DNA from: Terriglobia bacterium
GTDB taxonomy: Bacteria > Acidobacteriota > Terriglobia > 20CM-2-55-15
NCBI GenBank assembly: GCA_965198225.1
Contig: CBDAOY010000007.1
Coordinates: 672,001-736,000 of the forward strand
Length of the DNA stretch: 64,000 nt
Direction of reading: 5' to 3'
Within the stretch, counting starts at the first letter, position 1. Each line of letters begins with the position of its first letter. Shown here one piece after another: positions 10,380-19,677 of the stretch. A program made the position numbers and the translations under genes. Under the pieces are notes generated by a model that made no database searches, was not told the DNA's origin, and was given only the letters and a program-made list of their open reading frames with translations.

Positions 10380-11897
10380 GTGACCCTGAACCGCTTTGTT
10401 TTAGCAAGTTCGCTCTTTCTCGTGATCTGGGTCGTCCTGCTGCGGGGCTCCACGGAGACCACGGTGTCCCCGGCCCCCCAGACCAACGACAACACGGTCC
10501 GTACGTATTCGATCGCCAATGGGGGCGGTCTGTCGCTGCTGACCTCGGGCGGTGGAAGCACCTCACAGGTGGCCTACACGAGGATACAGCCGGATTCCGG
10601 CAGCACGACACCGTCCGGTGTCGCCATTTTCGGGTTCACGAGCAACGGAGTCCTGGTCAGCGAAACCGGAGTGCCGGCGGGGCCACTCGTCCAGTCCGGG
10701 CGGATCCATGTCGTATTCAGCGGAAGCTTGAACACGGGCATCGCGATCGCGAACCCGAACGATCAGGTTGCGACCATCGACTTCTTCTTCACCGACACGA
10801 CCCTTGACGTTCCTGACTTCGCCAATGACAGCATGACGGTGGGCGCGGGTCAGCAGTTATCCCGCTTCATGTCGGAGGCCCCTTTCAGCCTGCAGGACGG
10901 TACGACCGTGACGTTCACTTTCTCGTCATCAGTGCCGATTTCGGTAGTCGCTCTCCGGGGGCGGACGACAACCAGAGGCGACTTCCTGACAAGTAGCCTC
11001 CCGATTACCCCAGTCAGCAGCACATCTACCGAGACGGTGTATCTCCCGCACTTCGCAGCCGGCGGTGGTTGGACGACCGACATCGTCCTGGTCAACCCGA
11101 CCGAAAACACCCTCACGGGAATACTCGGTTTCATCAATCCCGGAACGGAAACCATTCCGGGACTGCAGACCGGGATTTCGGTCGGTGGCTTCTTTCCGCA
11201 GCCGGTGTTTTCGTATTCGATCGGCCCAAAAGGCTCTACCGTGCTCCAAACCACAGAATCGGTTTTTTCGGCGGTAAAAGTCGGATCGGTTCAGATTGTT
11301 CCCGGCGGCGACATCGCTCCGTCCGCGCAGGTGATTTTTTCGCTTGTGAATGCCGACGGAGTGGTTGTGTCGGAGGCGGGTGTTCCCGCCGCCGAGACCG
11401 GCAACACTTTTCGCATGTACGCCGAGGCCTCGGGCACGCCTCTCACCGCGGGTGCGATCCAGTCGGGTGTCGCGATCCGGAACATTGGATTCGTCAACGC
11501 CACCGTCAATCTTGAACTGACTGGCCTCGACGGCAACCTGATCGGCACGAACTCTATTATCGTTCCCGCCTCCGGTCAGAGGGCCCTGTTCGTCGATGAG
11601 CTCTTCACAGCACCGTTCAAGGGCGTCCTACGGGTTTCTTCGAGCGAGCAGACGATCGCCATGACGGCACTCCGAGGACGAACGAACGAACGCAACGAGT
11701 TCCTCACGACCACCACCGTACCTATTAACGAGGCTGCATCCTCGACGACAGCAGAGTTTCTCTTTCCACACCTGGTCGACGGCGGTGGCTGGAGCACCCA
11801 GACGATCCTGTTCAGTGGGACCGCAGGCCAGGTTGCCAACGGCCTCATGCGTTTCTTCGGGACCGACGGGCAACCGATCGAGCTGACACTGCAGTAG
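10380..11897 (+). CDS. Secreted beta-rich paralogue lacking the Reeler domain (GTG start at 10380)
   Basis: GGAGG before the GTG. Upstream region and signal peptide are homologous to those of the 8923 gene. Repeats LPHFAAGGGWTT / FPHLVDGGGWST. Confidence 0.7.
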   Translation: MTLNRFVLASSLFLVIWVVLLRGSTETTVSPAPQTNDNTVRTYSIANGGGLSLLTSGGGSTSQVAYTRIQPDSGSTTPSGVAIFGFTSNGVLVSETGVPAGPLVQSGRIHVVFSGSLNTGIAIANPNDQVATIDFFFTDTTLDVPDFANDSMTVGAGQQLSRFMSEAPFSLQDGTTVTFTFSSSVPISVVALRGRTTTRGDFLTSSLPITPVSSTSTETVYLPHFAAGGGWTTDIVLVNPTENTLTGILGFINPGTETIPGLQTGISVGGFFPQPVFSYSIGPKGSTVLQTTESVFSAVKVGSVQIVPGGDIAPSAQVIFSLVNADGVVVSEAGVPAAETGNTFRMYAEASGTPLTAGAIQSGVAIRNIGFVNATVNLELTGLDGNLIGTNSIIVPASGQRALFVDELFTAPFKGVLRVSSSEQTIAMTALRGRTNERNEFLTTTTVPINEAASSTTAEFLFPHLVDGGGWSTQTILFSGTAGQVANGLMRFFGTDGQPIELTLQ

Positions 11898-11929
11898 ATC
11901 TTCGTCACTCCCGCTAGTAATGTATTCCA

Positions 11930-12796
11930 GTGTGGAGGTGTCCTCAGTGCGGGGAGGCATTGCCCGAACCCGGGGCTTGCGCCTGTGGTTTCGAGATTCG
12001 TCGCCAGGACGGTATTCTGGACCTGATGACCCGACGGCAGGCCGCCGATTACGCCGATTTCTGTGCCGCTTATGAACGGATTCGGAGGGCGGAAGGCTGG
12101 GGCCGAAACGACCTCGACCTGCCCTTGGGCGCGCGAGGGCACATGAACATCTGGGCCGTCCGGCGGCGAACCTTCCTCAAGCTTCAAGCTCTGATCCGAA
12201 GCGAAGGCGTGACGGGTGGCGCGGCGTTGGACGTCGGTGCGGGAAACTGCTGGCTGACGCGCTACCTGTATCGTTGGGGATTCCGGGCAACTGCGCTGGA
12301 TGTAAACGCCGGGGAGCAGGACGGCCTCCGTGCGGGAGCGTACCATCTGGAACAAGGAGACCGATTCGAGCGCGTGCGTGCGCCGATGGAAGCCCTCCCG
12401 TTCACGAACGGGAGCTTCAAACTGGTAGTCGCAAACGGTGCTCTCCACTACGCCGCAGACGTCGGGGGCGCGATTCGCGAGTTCCTGCGAGTGTTGGGGA
12501 AGGGCGGAAGGGTCGTCGTCATGGACACGCCATGGTACGAGGATCCTGCCGACGGCCGCAGGGCCGTCGACCGACGGATTGAAGAGTTTCGCGGCCTTTA
12601 CGGACTCGACGAGGAACTCAGCGGCCGGGCTTCGTTCCTGTCACGTGAATCCTTCTCGAAGGTCGCCGAGAGTGTCGGTTTCAGCTTCCGGCTGGTGTCT
12701 GTCTGGCCAGGACCGATGAGGGCATTGGAGGGATTGCGGGCTCGGCTCGCCCGTCAGCGGATCGCGTCGTTCCCCCTTATCCTTATAGGCGATTGA
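11930..12796 (+). CDS. Class I SAM methyltransferase with N-terminal Cys ribbon
   Basis: CPQC...CAC; LDVGAGN motif I; LPF...F...RVLGKGG. Confidence 0.85.
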   Translation: MWRCPQCGEALPEPGACACGFEIRRQDGILDLMTRRQAADYADFCAAYERIRRAEGWGRNDLDLPLGARGHMNIWAVRRRTFLKLQALIRSEGVTGGAALDVGAGNCWLTRYLYRWGFRATALDVNAGEQDGLRAGAYHLEQGDRFERVRAPMEALPFTNGSFKLVVANGALHYAADVGGAIREFLRVLGKGGRVVVMDTPWYEDPADGRRAVDRRIEEFRGLYGLDEELSGRASFLSRESFSKVAESVGFSFRLVSVWPGPMRALEGLRARLARQRIASFPLILIGD

Positions 12797-13620
12797 CGAT
12801 GTCGGAGACCAGGTGCGACGACCCGATCGATTGGCCGGTCCGGAAGGCCTTCGATCGTCATGCTTCGGACTACGACGCCTGGTTTTCCCAGAACCCCATT
12901 GCCGTCAAGCTCCGGGGAAGGATCTGGGAAGTGATGGATCGTGTTTTCGACCCCGGGCAGAGGGTCCTCGACCTGGGATGCGGGACGGGCGAGGATGCCG
13001 TTCACCTTGCCGGCCGGGGGGTGCGCGTTCGAGCGCTAGACGTTGCTCCGGCCATGGTTGACCGTCTCACCCAGAAAGCCCGGGGACTGGAACTCGACGA
13101 CCTGATCAACTGCACGGTCGCTGACGGCCGCTCCCTCAACCTTCCGCCCGGATCGCTGGACGGGATCTACTCGAACTTCGGCGCTGTCAATTGCGTCGCC
13201 GACCTGGAGTGGCTTGGAGAGCTTGGTCGGCGGGCACTCCGGCCTGGAGGCCGGATGATCATCATCGCGATGGGACGTTGCTATCCGCTGGAGATCGCCG
13301 TGAACCTTGCCCGAGGTCGCCTCCGTCCGGCGCTGAGGCGCTTCCGTTCGCCGGCGTCTGCGATTGTTCGGGACGTCGAGTTCCCGGTGCACTACCATTG
13401 CTTCAGAGTTCTCAGGAAGGCGCTGGCGGAAGGGTTCGTCCTGGAGCAACGTCGGGGGCTCAACCTGTTGCTGCCGGAGCCGGGGCTGGAGCACCTGGCG
13501 CAGCGTTTTCCCCGGACGTTCCGCGCCCTCCAACCCATCGATTCCGTCCTTGGGCGATCGTGGCTTTTTTCGGCGATGGGCGACCACGTGTTGTCGGTGT
13601 GGAAAGTTCGTAGCACCTGA
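12793..13620 (+). CDS. Class I SAM methyltransferase
   Basis: VLDLGCGTG, DGIYSNFG, LRPGG. Confidence 0.88.
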   Translation: MTMSETRCDDPIDWPVRKAFDRHASDYDAWFSQNPIAVKLRGRIWEVMDRVFDPGQRVLDLGCGTGEDAVHLAGRGVRVRALDVAPAMVDRLTQKARGLELDDLINCTVADGRSLNLPPGSLDGIYSNFGAVNCVADLEWLGELGRRALRPGGRMIIIAMGRCYPLEIAVNLARGRLRPALRRFRSPASAIVRDVEFPVHYHCFRVLRKALAEGFVLEQRRGLNLLLPEPGLEHLAQRFPRTFRALQPIDSVLGRSWLFSAMGDHVLSVWKVRST

Positions 13621-13633
13621 GCGGTTCAAAACG

Positions 13634-14313
13634 ATGAGCGACAAGAAACTCATCCTCCTCTACAACCCGCCGTCGGAGTTCTACGCGATGCCGCTGGGGC
13701 TGCTTTCGGTCGGCTCGGCTGTTCACGGCACTGCGGGCATCAACGTGCGGATCCTCGACTCGCGAATCGATCCAGACGCGGAGGAAGTTCTGCTGGAGCT
13801 GGCGCCCCAGGCAAGCTGTGTCGGGATGACGGTGTTTTCCGGCCCCCCCATCGGGCCGGCACTTGCGCTGGCCCGGGCAGTGAAGCGACAGAACCCCGGA
13901 CTCCCAGTGGTTTGGGGCGGCTGGCATCCGTCGATCTTTCCCGAACAGTGCATCGATAGCGGGGAGGTGGACGCAGTCGCGATCGGACAGGGTGAAGGGA
14001 GCTTCGCCGAACTCGTGGCGGCGATCGACCGCCCGCGGGAGTGGGAGGGAATCGCCGGCCTGTGCGTCAAGACTGAAACCGGAACGAAACGCACTCCACC
14101 CCGACCACTCGCCGACATGAACAGCTTTCCACCGGTTTGCTACGAGTTGCTGGATGTCGAATCGTACTTTCGGCACAAAGGGCACCGCCAGATCGATTAC
14201 AGCTCGTCGCGAGGTTGCCCCTACCGCTGTACCTTCTGCGCCGATCCCATTATCTACAAGAGCAAGTGGACGGGATTGAAAGCCGCGCGCACGGTCGAAG
14301 AATTGATGAAGAC
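13634..14313 (+). pseudogene. B12-binding radical SAM protein, N-terminal ~225 aa only (cut at the junction)
   Basis: PLGLLS, VVWGGWHPS, GQGE and SSRGCPYRCTFC. Family-like sequence stops about 25 aa after CxxxCxxC and the frame runs on into antisense of the next gene. Confidence 0.8.
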
Positions 14314-14345
14314 TCGGCCCGCGATTGAAAGCCGCGCGCACGGTC
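14274..14345 (+). repeat. 23-bp direct repeat GATTGAAAGCCGCGCGCACGGTC at the gene-truncating junction
   Basis: Identical copies at 14274-14296 and 14323-14345. Confidence 0.9.
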
Positions 14346-15748
14346 AGGGCTGTGGGAGTAACGTCGATGTTGCCCGTCGGCACGTTCGAGACCACGCCGC
14401 GCTTGATGTCTGGTCCAGCCGCGATGAATGTCGCACGGATGTCGGACGGGCTGGTGCTGCCGTGCCCCGCGACGCCCGACGTGAACACCTCTCCCTCGTA
14501 GCCGTGCTCGTTGACGGCGTCCGACCAATTTGCGCTGGTGAGGATGTCCGCCGTTCTCCGATGACTCCACCCTACGGCCCCGTATGCCACGGTCCCCGGC
14601 AGGTGGCCGAAATCGGATCCGTCCGCCTCCGCCGGGGTGAATACAGGTCCGATCCAGTCCGTCTGTTGGAGCACGCGAACGATGTCCGCAATCCGTTCCG
14701 GTCCTCCTTCCAGGACGTGGATAGCGTCCCCGGCCACCACGACGTCCATCGAGCCACCCGACTCCTTGAGGCCTTCGTCGACCAGAAGGCCGGAGAGCGA
14801 GGTGTTCCCTGTGCGGGTGGTGAAACCGTGATCCGATGTGACGAGGATGTTGGTGACTTCGGCCACGCCACGCGCGGCCAGGCCGTCCAGCAGTCGTCCG
14901 ATCTCCTCGTCGACAGCCCTGATGACGGCGAGCGTCTCGGGTGCACCGATCCCCCTGAAGTGGGTCGTTCCGTCCGGCTCGGTCAGCCACGCGGCGAGAA
15001 CGTCCGCATCGGCGAGATCGAGGCCAATCCGCAGCAGTGCGTCCACTGCTCGCGCCACAAGACCGACGGACGACCCATCCGCGCGAGGGTCAGGAAGAGG
15101 GCCGAGCTCGGCAGCCACGACCGTTCCGAGGGAGTCCGGTATGGTGAATGAATGGTGCACGAGCCCGGCCCCGGATCCGCGGTGGTTCATCAGGGTTCCC
15201 GAGCCGGTCGAACCGGAGGACGCGGCAAAGTAGACCAATCCCTGTTCAGCCAGGAGCTCCCCGAGTGATGGTGCAGTGAGCATCTCTCCGTCGGTCGCCT
15301 CGTCGATGGTTCTGAGGTCTGCCGCGTTCCCGGCGTCCAGTACCCGTTCGGGATCCACGTCCCGGAGGTAGACGGAGTTACCCATCATCCCGTGCCCGGA
15401 GGGATAACGCCCGGTGAAGATCGAGGGCCCGTTCACGCGCGTCACGGTGGGGAACACGGCGTGATGCGCCAGGCCCCGAAAGCCGGCGTCCGCGAGGGCA
15501 TTCAGTCGGGGCATGAGGTCTTCGGTCACGTAATCGGGCCTCAGGCCGTCCACCACGAGTATCAGGACCCGGCCCTTCCCCGCGCCAGGGTCGCCGCAGC
15601 CGGCAGCGATGACCGCCACCGTCATTAGGAGCCCCAAGACGATCGAGGAGCGTTTCTTGAGGTAGGCGCTCACGCTGGTAATCGGACCGGTCGTGCCTCG
15701 ATGACGGGATCGTGGGCGGCCCGAGGCCACCTGATGGAGGACATTCAC
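14346..15748 (-). pseudogene. Alkaline phosphatase/nucleotide pyrophosphatase-phosphodiesterase family lipoprotein, C-terminally truncated
   Basis: Lipobox AAGC; VVDGLRPD, FPTVTRVN, EPDGTTH, TSDHGF, GHGS, NIDVTPT. Sequence becomes unrelated at the repeat. The true start may be downstream of 15748. Confidence 0.8.
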
Positions 15749-15751
15749 GCT

Positions 15752-17074
15752 TCAATAAACTGACAGGTAGTGATCCAACTCCCAGGGGTGGACCTGGGCG
15801 ATGTAAGTCGCCCACTCCGATCGCTTGGCCTCGATGAACTGGTTGAAGATGTGATCGCCCAGGGCGGTCCGGATCACGTCGTCCTTTTTCAGGGATTCGT
15901 AGGCTTCCCGGAGGTCGCCCGGCAGGTTGTCGATCCGGTAGTGACGGCGTTCTCGGTGGCTCATCTTCTGGATGTTCTTCGTGATCGACGGTCCCGGATC
16001 GGTTTCTTCCTCGATTCCCGACAACCCGGCCGACAGGATCGCGGCAAACGCCAGGTAGGGGTTGCAGGAAGGGTCGGGCATCCGTAACTCCACGCGCGTC
16101 CCCTGGCCCCGTCGAGCCGGCACGCGAATCAGAGGGTCCTTGTTCTGCTCCGACCACAGAACGTTCGTTGGAGCGTCGTAGCCGGGGACCAGCCGTTTGT
16201 AGGAATTCACGAGCGGGTTCGTGATCACACAGAAACCTTTCGCGTGACGCAGCATGCCACCGATGAAGTTCAGGGCCGTTTTGCTGAGCTGGTAGTCTCC
16301 CGCCGGGTCGTAGAAAGCGTTTCGTCCTTCTTTGAAGACCGACAGATGGATGTGCAGGCCCGAACCGGCCTGACCGAACACTGGCTTGGGCATGAACGTC
16401 GCGTGAAAGCGGTGCTGCATCGCGACGTAGCGGACGAGGAAACGGAACGTACCGATGTTGTCGGCAGTGGTCAACGCGTCGTTGTCCTTCAAGTCGACCT
16501 CGTGCTGTCCCGGGGCCAGCTCGTGGTGCGATGCCTCGACTTCGATGGCCATCCCTTCCATCGTCTTGACGATGTCCCGGCGCGCATCTTCGCCCGAGTC
16601 CTCGGGGGTCATGTCGAAATAACTGCCGTAGTCCTGGGTGTCGGTCGTTGGGTCGCCCGTGGCCTGCTTGATGAAGAGAAAGAACTCGATCTCGGGACCG
16701 GCCTGGAAGGTGAGCCCCATCGCGCGAGCCCGGTCGAGGACGCGTTTCAGCGTCAGCCTCGGGCAGCCTTCGAACGGAGTGTCGTCGGGGTTGTATACGT
16801 CGCAGATCAATCGCGCGACGCGCTCGCCATTCCGGTTCCAGGGGAAGATGCGGAAGGTTTCCGGATCAGGTTTCAGCAGCTTGTCGGTTTCCTCCATCCG
16901 CGTGAAACCCTGGATGGCGGAACCGTCGAAGAGAAGCTGTCCTTTCAGTGCTTTCTCGAACTGGTCCGTCGGAACTTCGACGTTTTTGATGACACCCAGG
17001 ATGTCGGTGAACTGGAGCCGGAAGAACTGGACGTTCTCGTTTTTCGCTAGGTCGAGGACTTGTTCTTCGTTCAT
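15752..17074 (-). CDS. Glutamine synthetase type I-alpha-like paralogue with altered active-site residues
   Basis: Colinear with B. subtilis GlnA (RLQFTDILG, SHHE.APGQHE, ATFMPKP, VHPWE) but reads FDGSA, GQAGSG, PGYDAP, QNKD. Confidence 0.9.
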   Translation of the reverse strand: MNEEQVLDLAKNENVQFFRLQFTDILGVIKNVEVPTDQFEKALKGQLLFDGSAIQGFTRMEETDKLLKPDPETFRIFPWNRNGERVARLICDVYNPDDTPFEGCPRLTLKRVLDRARAMGLTFQAGPEIEFFLFIKQATGDPTTDTQDYGSYFDMTPEDSGEDARRDIVKTMEGMAIEVEASHHELAPGQHEVDLKDNDALTTADNIGTFRFLVRYVAMQHRFHATFMPKPVFGQAGSGLHIHLSVFKEGRNAFYDPAGDYQLSKTALNFIGGMLRHAKGFCVITNPLVNSYKRLVPGYDAPTNVLWSEQNKDPLIRVPARRGQGTRVELRMPDPSCNPYLAFAAILSAGLSGIEEETDPGPSITKNIQKMSHRERRHYRIDNLPGDLREAYESLKKDDVIRTALGDHIFNQFIEAKRSEWATYIAQVHPWELDHYLSVY

Positions 17075-17179
17075 TGGCCGATAGAATTCGGGATCGGAGA
17101 CTGAACTATCGGGAACAGGTGATTGGGTCTCCGTCCCGGAATTACGCCGCCAGGCTCCCGAATGATAACATAGGCCCTT

Positions 17180-19675
17180 ATGTCGACCCGCTCGGAACTC
17201 AAGCTAAGCATTGAAGATATCCGAACTCGGTTCTTCGCCGATCCGGTGAATTTCAAGGCCGAAGAGGCTCTGTGCGCGATCATGGACAACGCGCTGGGTC
17301 ACTTGTGGAAATCCCAGCAAAACAGGGCGGCTTATGCGGTCATGGCGGTGGGGGGGTATGGTCGTCGGGTTTTTCATCCAAACTCGGATCTCGACCTCTT
17401 GATCTTCTTCACCGATCGGGTTGTCGAGGAGATCGTCAACGATCTCCTCACGCCGTTGTGGGACCTGGATTTCCGGGTGGGTCACCAGGTCCGCGAATCC
17501 TCCGATTTCAGACACTTTGAACCGGAGCAGATGGAATCCTACACCGCCTTTCTGGACGCCCGTTTTCTCTTCGGCGAAGCCGCGGTTGCGGATTCCTTCA
17601 CCGACGAGGTGCTCGGTGGGCTGCTGCGTCGAAGCCAGCGGCGGCTCCTCCGGGCGCTCGTCGACATGAAGGATGTGAGGTATGAGCGCTACGGCGGCAC
17701 CGTTTTTCAACTGGAGCCCGACCTCAAGGATGCTCCCGGGGGGCTTCGCGACTACCACTGGACTCGCTGGGTTACCCGCGTCCTCGAACAGAGTGACGAC
17801 GATCCCCAGGCCGAAGCCGTCGATTTTCTCCACCGACTGCGCAACTACCTGCATTTCATGTCCGGCCGGGATCAGAACGAGCTTTCCTACGAATATCAGG
17901 AGCGAATCGCTGTGGAACTGGGGTACGTGGACTCAGACCGGGGCGAAGCGGCCGAGCACCTGATGCGCGACTATTTCCTCAGGGCGGAAGAAATCGCTCG
18001 GAGTTTGTCGAAATGGGAGAGCGAGGTGGTCGGGCCGCCCGACTTGCTGACTGTAAGGGAGCAGCCCCGCGATCAGCAAGAGATCATGGCGGTGTTCCTC
18101 GAGGCTCACCGCAGAAAGATGACGATCGATGCCGGCACACTCGGCCGCGTTCGAGACGCCCTCGCGAGCAGCACGGCGGATGACTTTGCTGACGAGGTCT
18201 ACGGCCAGACCGTGCTGGATATGATGCGTGACCGGCGCGGCATCTACCGGACTCTGCGACTCATGCATCAGGTCGGTGTGCTCGGCCGCATCTTTCCGGA
18301 ATTCGAAGAAATCCGGTGTCGCGTGATCCGGGATTTTTTCCACAAGTACACGGTTGATGAGCACTCGCTGATCGCGATCCGTAACATAGAGGAGCTGGGA
18401 GCCGAACCAGGCGCGCGCGGGGCTCGACGGGGTCTGGGAGCCATTTTGGCCGAGATGGAGAGCCCGGAGTTGCTTCTGCTGGCTCTACTGCTCCACGACA
18501 TCGGGAAGTCGGCCCAGCACCCCGAGGGCGATCACGTTTGTTCGAGCGTGGAGGGAGTGGATGCCGTGCTCGAGCGGGTCGGTCTGTCGGACGCGGAACA
18601 GGAACGAGTCCGGGCGGTCATCCGGAACCACCTCGAGATGTCCAAAATCATCCTGCGTCGAGACCTCGCCGACCCGAACGTGATTGCGCAGTTTGCCAAG
18701 CTGGTCGGAACCCGGGAAGACCTCAGGATGCTGTGCCTTCTAACCTACGCCGACATGAAGGCTGTCAGTCCTGAGGTTCTGACGTCGTGGAAAGAGGATC
18801 TGCTCTGGCAGCTCTACGTCGAGACCTACAACCATCTGCTGCATGGCTTCGCCGACGATCGTTACATGCAGGAGGAAGATCTCGAGGGTGAGATCAATGG
18901 AATCCTCCGATTCGTTCCCTCCCACGCCGGTGTCGCCGCTCTGCGGAGTTTCCTGGACGGCGTTCCTCGCCAGTACCTGAGGACGACACCAAAAGACCAG
19001 ATAGCCAGGCACTTCGAGCAGTACCAGAAACTGTCGGAAGAGGTTGAGATGGTGATGCACGTGGCCGGGCGAGACGGTTTCCACGAGATTCTGGTGATGA
19101 CCCCGGACCGCCCGTACCTGTTTTCGCGAATCACCGGCGTCCTGTCTTCCTACGGCATGAACATCCTTCGGGCTCAGGCTTTCGCGAACCGCAGTGGAGT
19201 GGTGTTCGACCTCATCACGTTCGAGGACGTCGATGAACGGCTCACCAAGAACCCGTCCGAGGTCGATCGGCTCCAACAAGTGATGGAAGCCGCCGTTGCC
19301 GGACGAGTCGAAGTCGAAGAACTGCTGCGTCGCAAGACGACCAGTGTCGTCTACCGCCGGACAAAGGGTGTCGTGCCGACGGGGGTCCACTTCGATGACG
19401 AATCTTCGGAGCGGTGCACGATCCTCGAGATCTCCGCCCACGATGACATCGGTCTGCTGTCCCACATCTCCGGCGTCTTGTCCGACCACGGCTGCAACAT
19501 CGAGGTGGCTTTGATCACCACCGAAGGAACCCGCGCGATCGACGTCTTCTACCTGACCAAAGATGATGCACGGTTGTCGCGCGAACTCCAGAATGCGCTT
19601 GAGCGGGATCTTTCCCCGGTTCTCGAGCCCCTCTCTCGATCCGTTGAAACGACTCCAGGACCGAATTCGCGGTAG
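17180..19675 (+). CDS. glnD: [PII] uridylyltransferase/uridylyl-removing enzyme
   Basis: NTase AVGGYGR...SDLD; EPDLKDAPGGLRD; HKYTVDEH; HD domain LLHDIGK; two ACT domains. Confidence 0.93.
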   Translation: MSTRSELKLSIEDIRTRFFADPVNFKAEEALCAIMDNALGHLWKSQQNRAAYAVMAVGGYGRRVFHPNSDLDLLIFFTDRVVEEIVNDLLTPLWDLDFRVGHQVRESSDFRHFEPEQMESYTAFLDARFLFGEAAVADSFTDEVLGGLLRRSQRRLLRALVDMKDVRYERYGGTVFQLEPDLKDAPGGLRDYHWTRWVTRVLEQSDDDPQAEAVDFLHRLRNYLHFMSGRDQNELSYEYQERIAVELGYVDSDRGEAAEHLMRDYFLRAEEIARSLSKWESEVVGPPDLLTVREQPRDQQEIMAVFLEAHRRKMTIDAGTLGRVRDALASSTADDFADEVYGQTVLDMMRDRRGIYRTLRLMHQVGVLGRIFPEFEEIRCRVIRDFFHKYTVDEHSLIAIRNIEELGAEPGARGARRGLGAILAEMESPELLLLALLLHDIGKSAQHPEGDHVCSSVEGVDAVLERVGLSDAEQERVRAVIRNHLEMSKIILRRDLADPNVIAQFAKLVGTREDLRMLCLLTYADMKAVSPEVLTSWKEDLLWQLYVETYNHLLHGFADDRYMQEEDLEGEINGILRFVPSHAGVAALRSFLDGVPRQYLRTTPKDQIARHFEQYQKLSEEVEMVMHVAGRDGFHEILVMTPDRPYLFSRITGVLSSYGMNILRAQAFANRSGVVFDLITFEDVDERLTKNPSEVDRLQQVMEAAVAGRVEVEELLRRKTTSVVYRRTKGVVPTGVHFDDESSERCTILEISAHDDIGLLSHISGVLSDHGCNIEVALITTEGTRAIDVFYLTKDDARLSRELQNALERDLSPVLEPLSRSVETTPGPNSR

Positions 19676-19677
19676 CC

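Noticed and set aside
14274-14345. Repeat-spacer-repeat containing ATTGAAAG as a mini-CRISPR
   Set aside because: Only two copies, the first is in-frame radical SAM coding sequence, ATTGAAAG is at the wrong end, and no cas genes are present.
13364-15748. 595-aa and 762-aa ORFs as a real long antisense overlap
   Set aside because: Each tail is just the antisense frame of the other gene past the junction, with no protein-like features.
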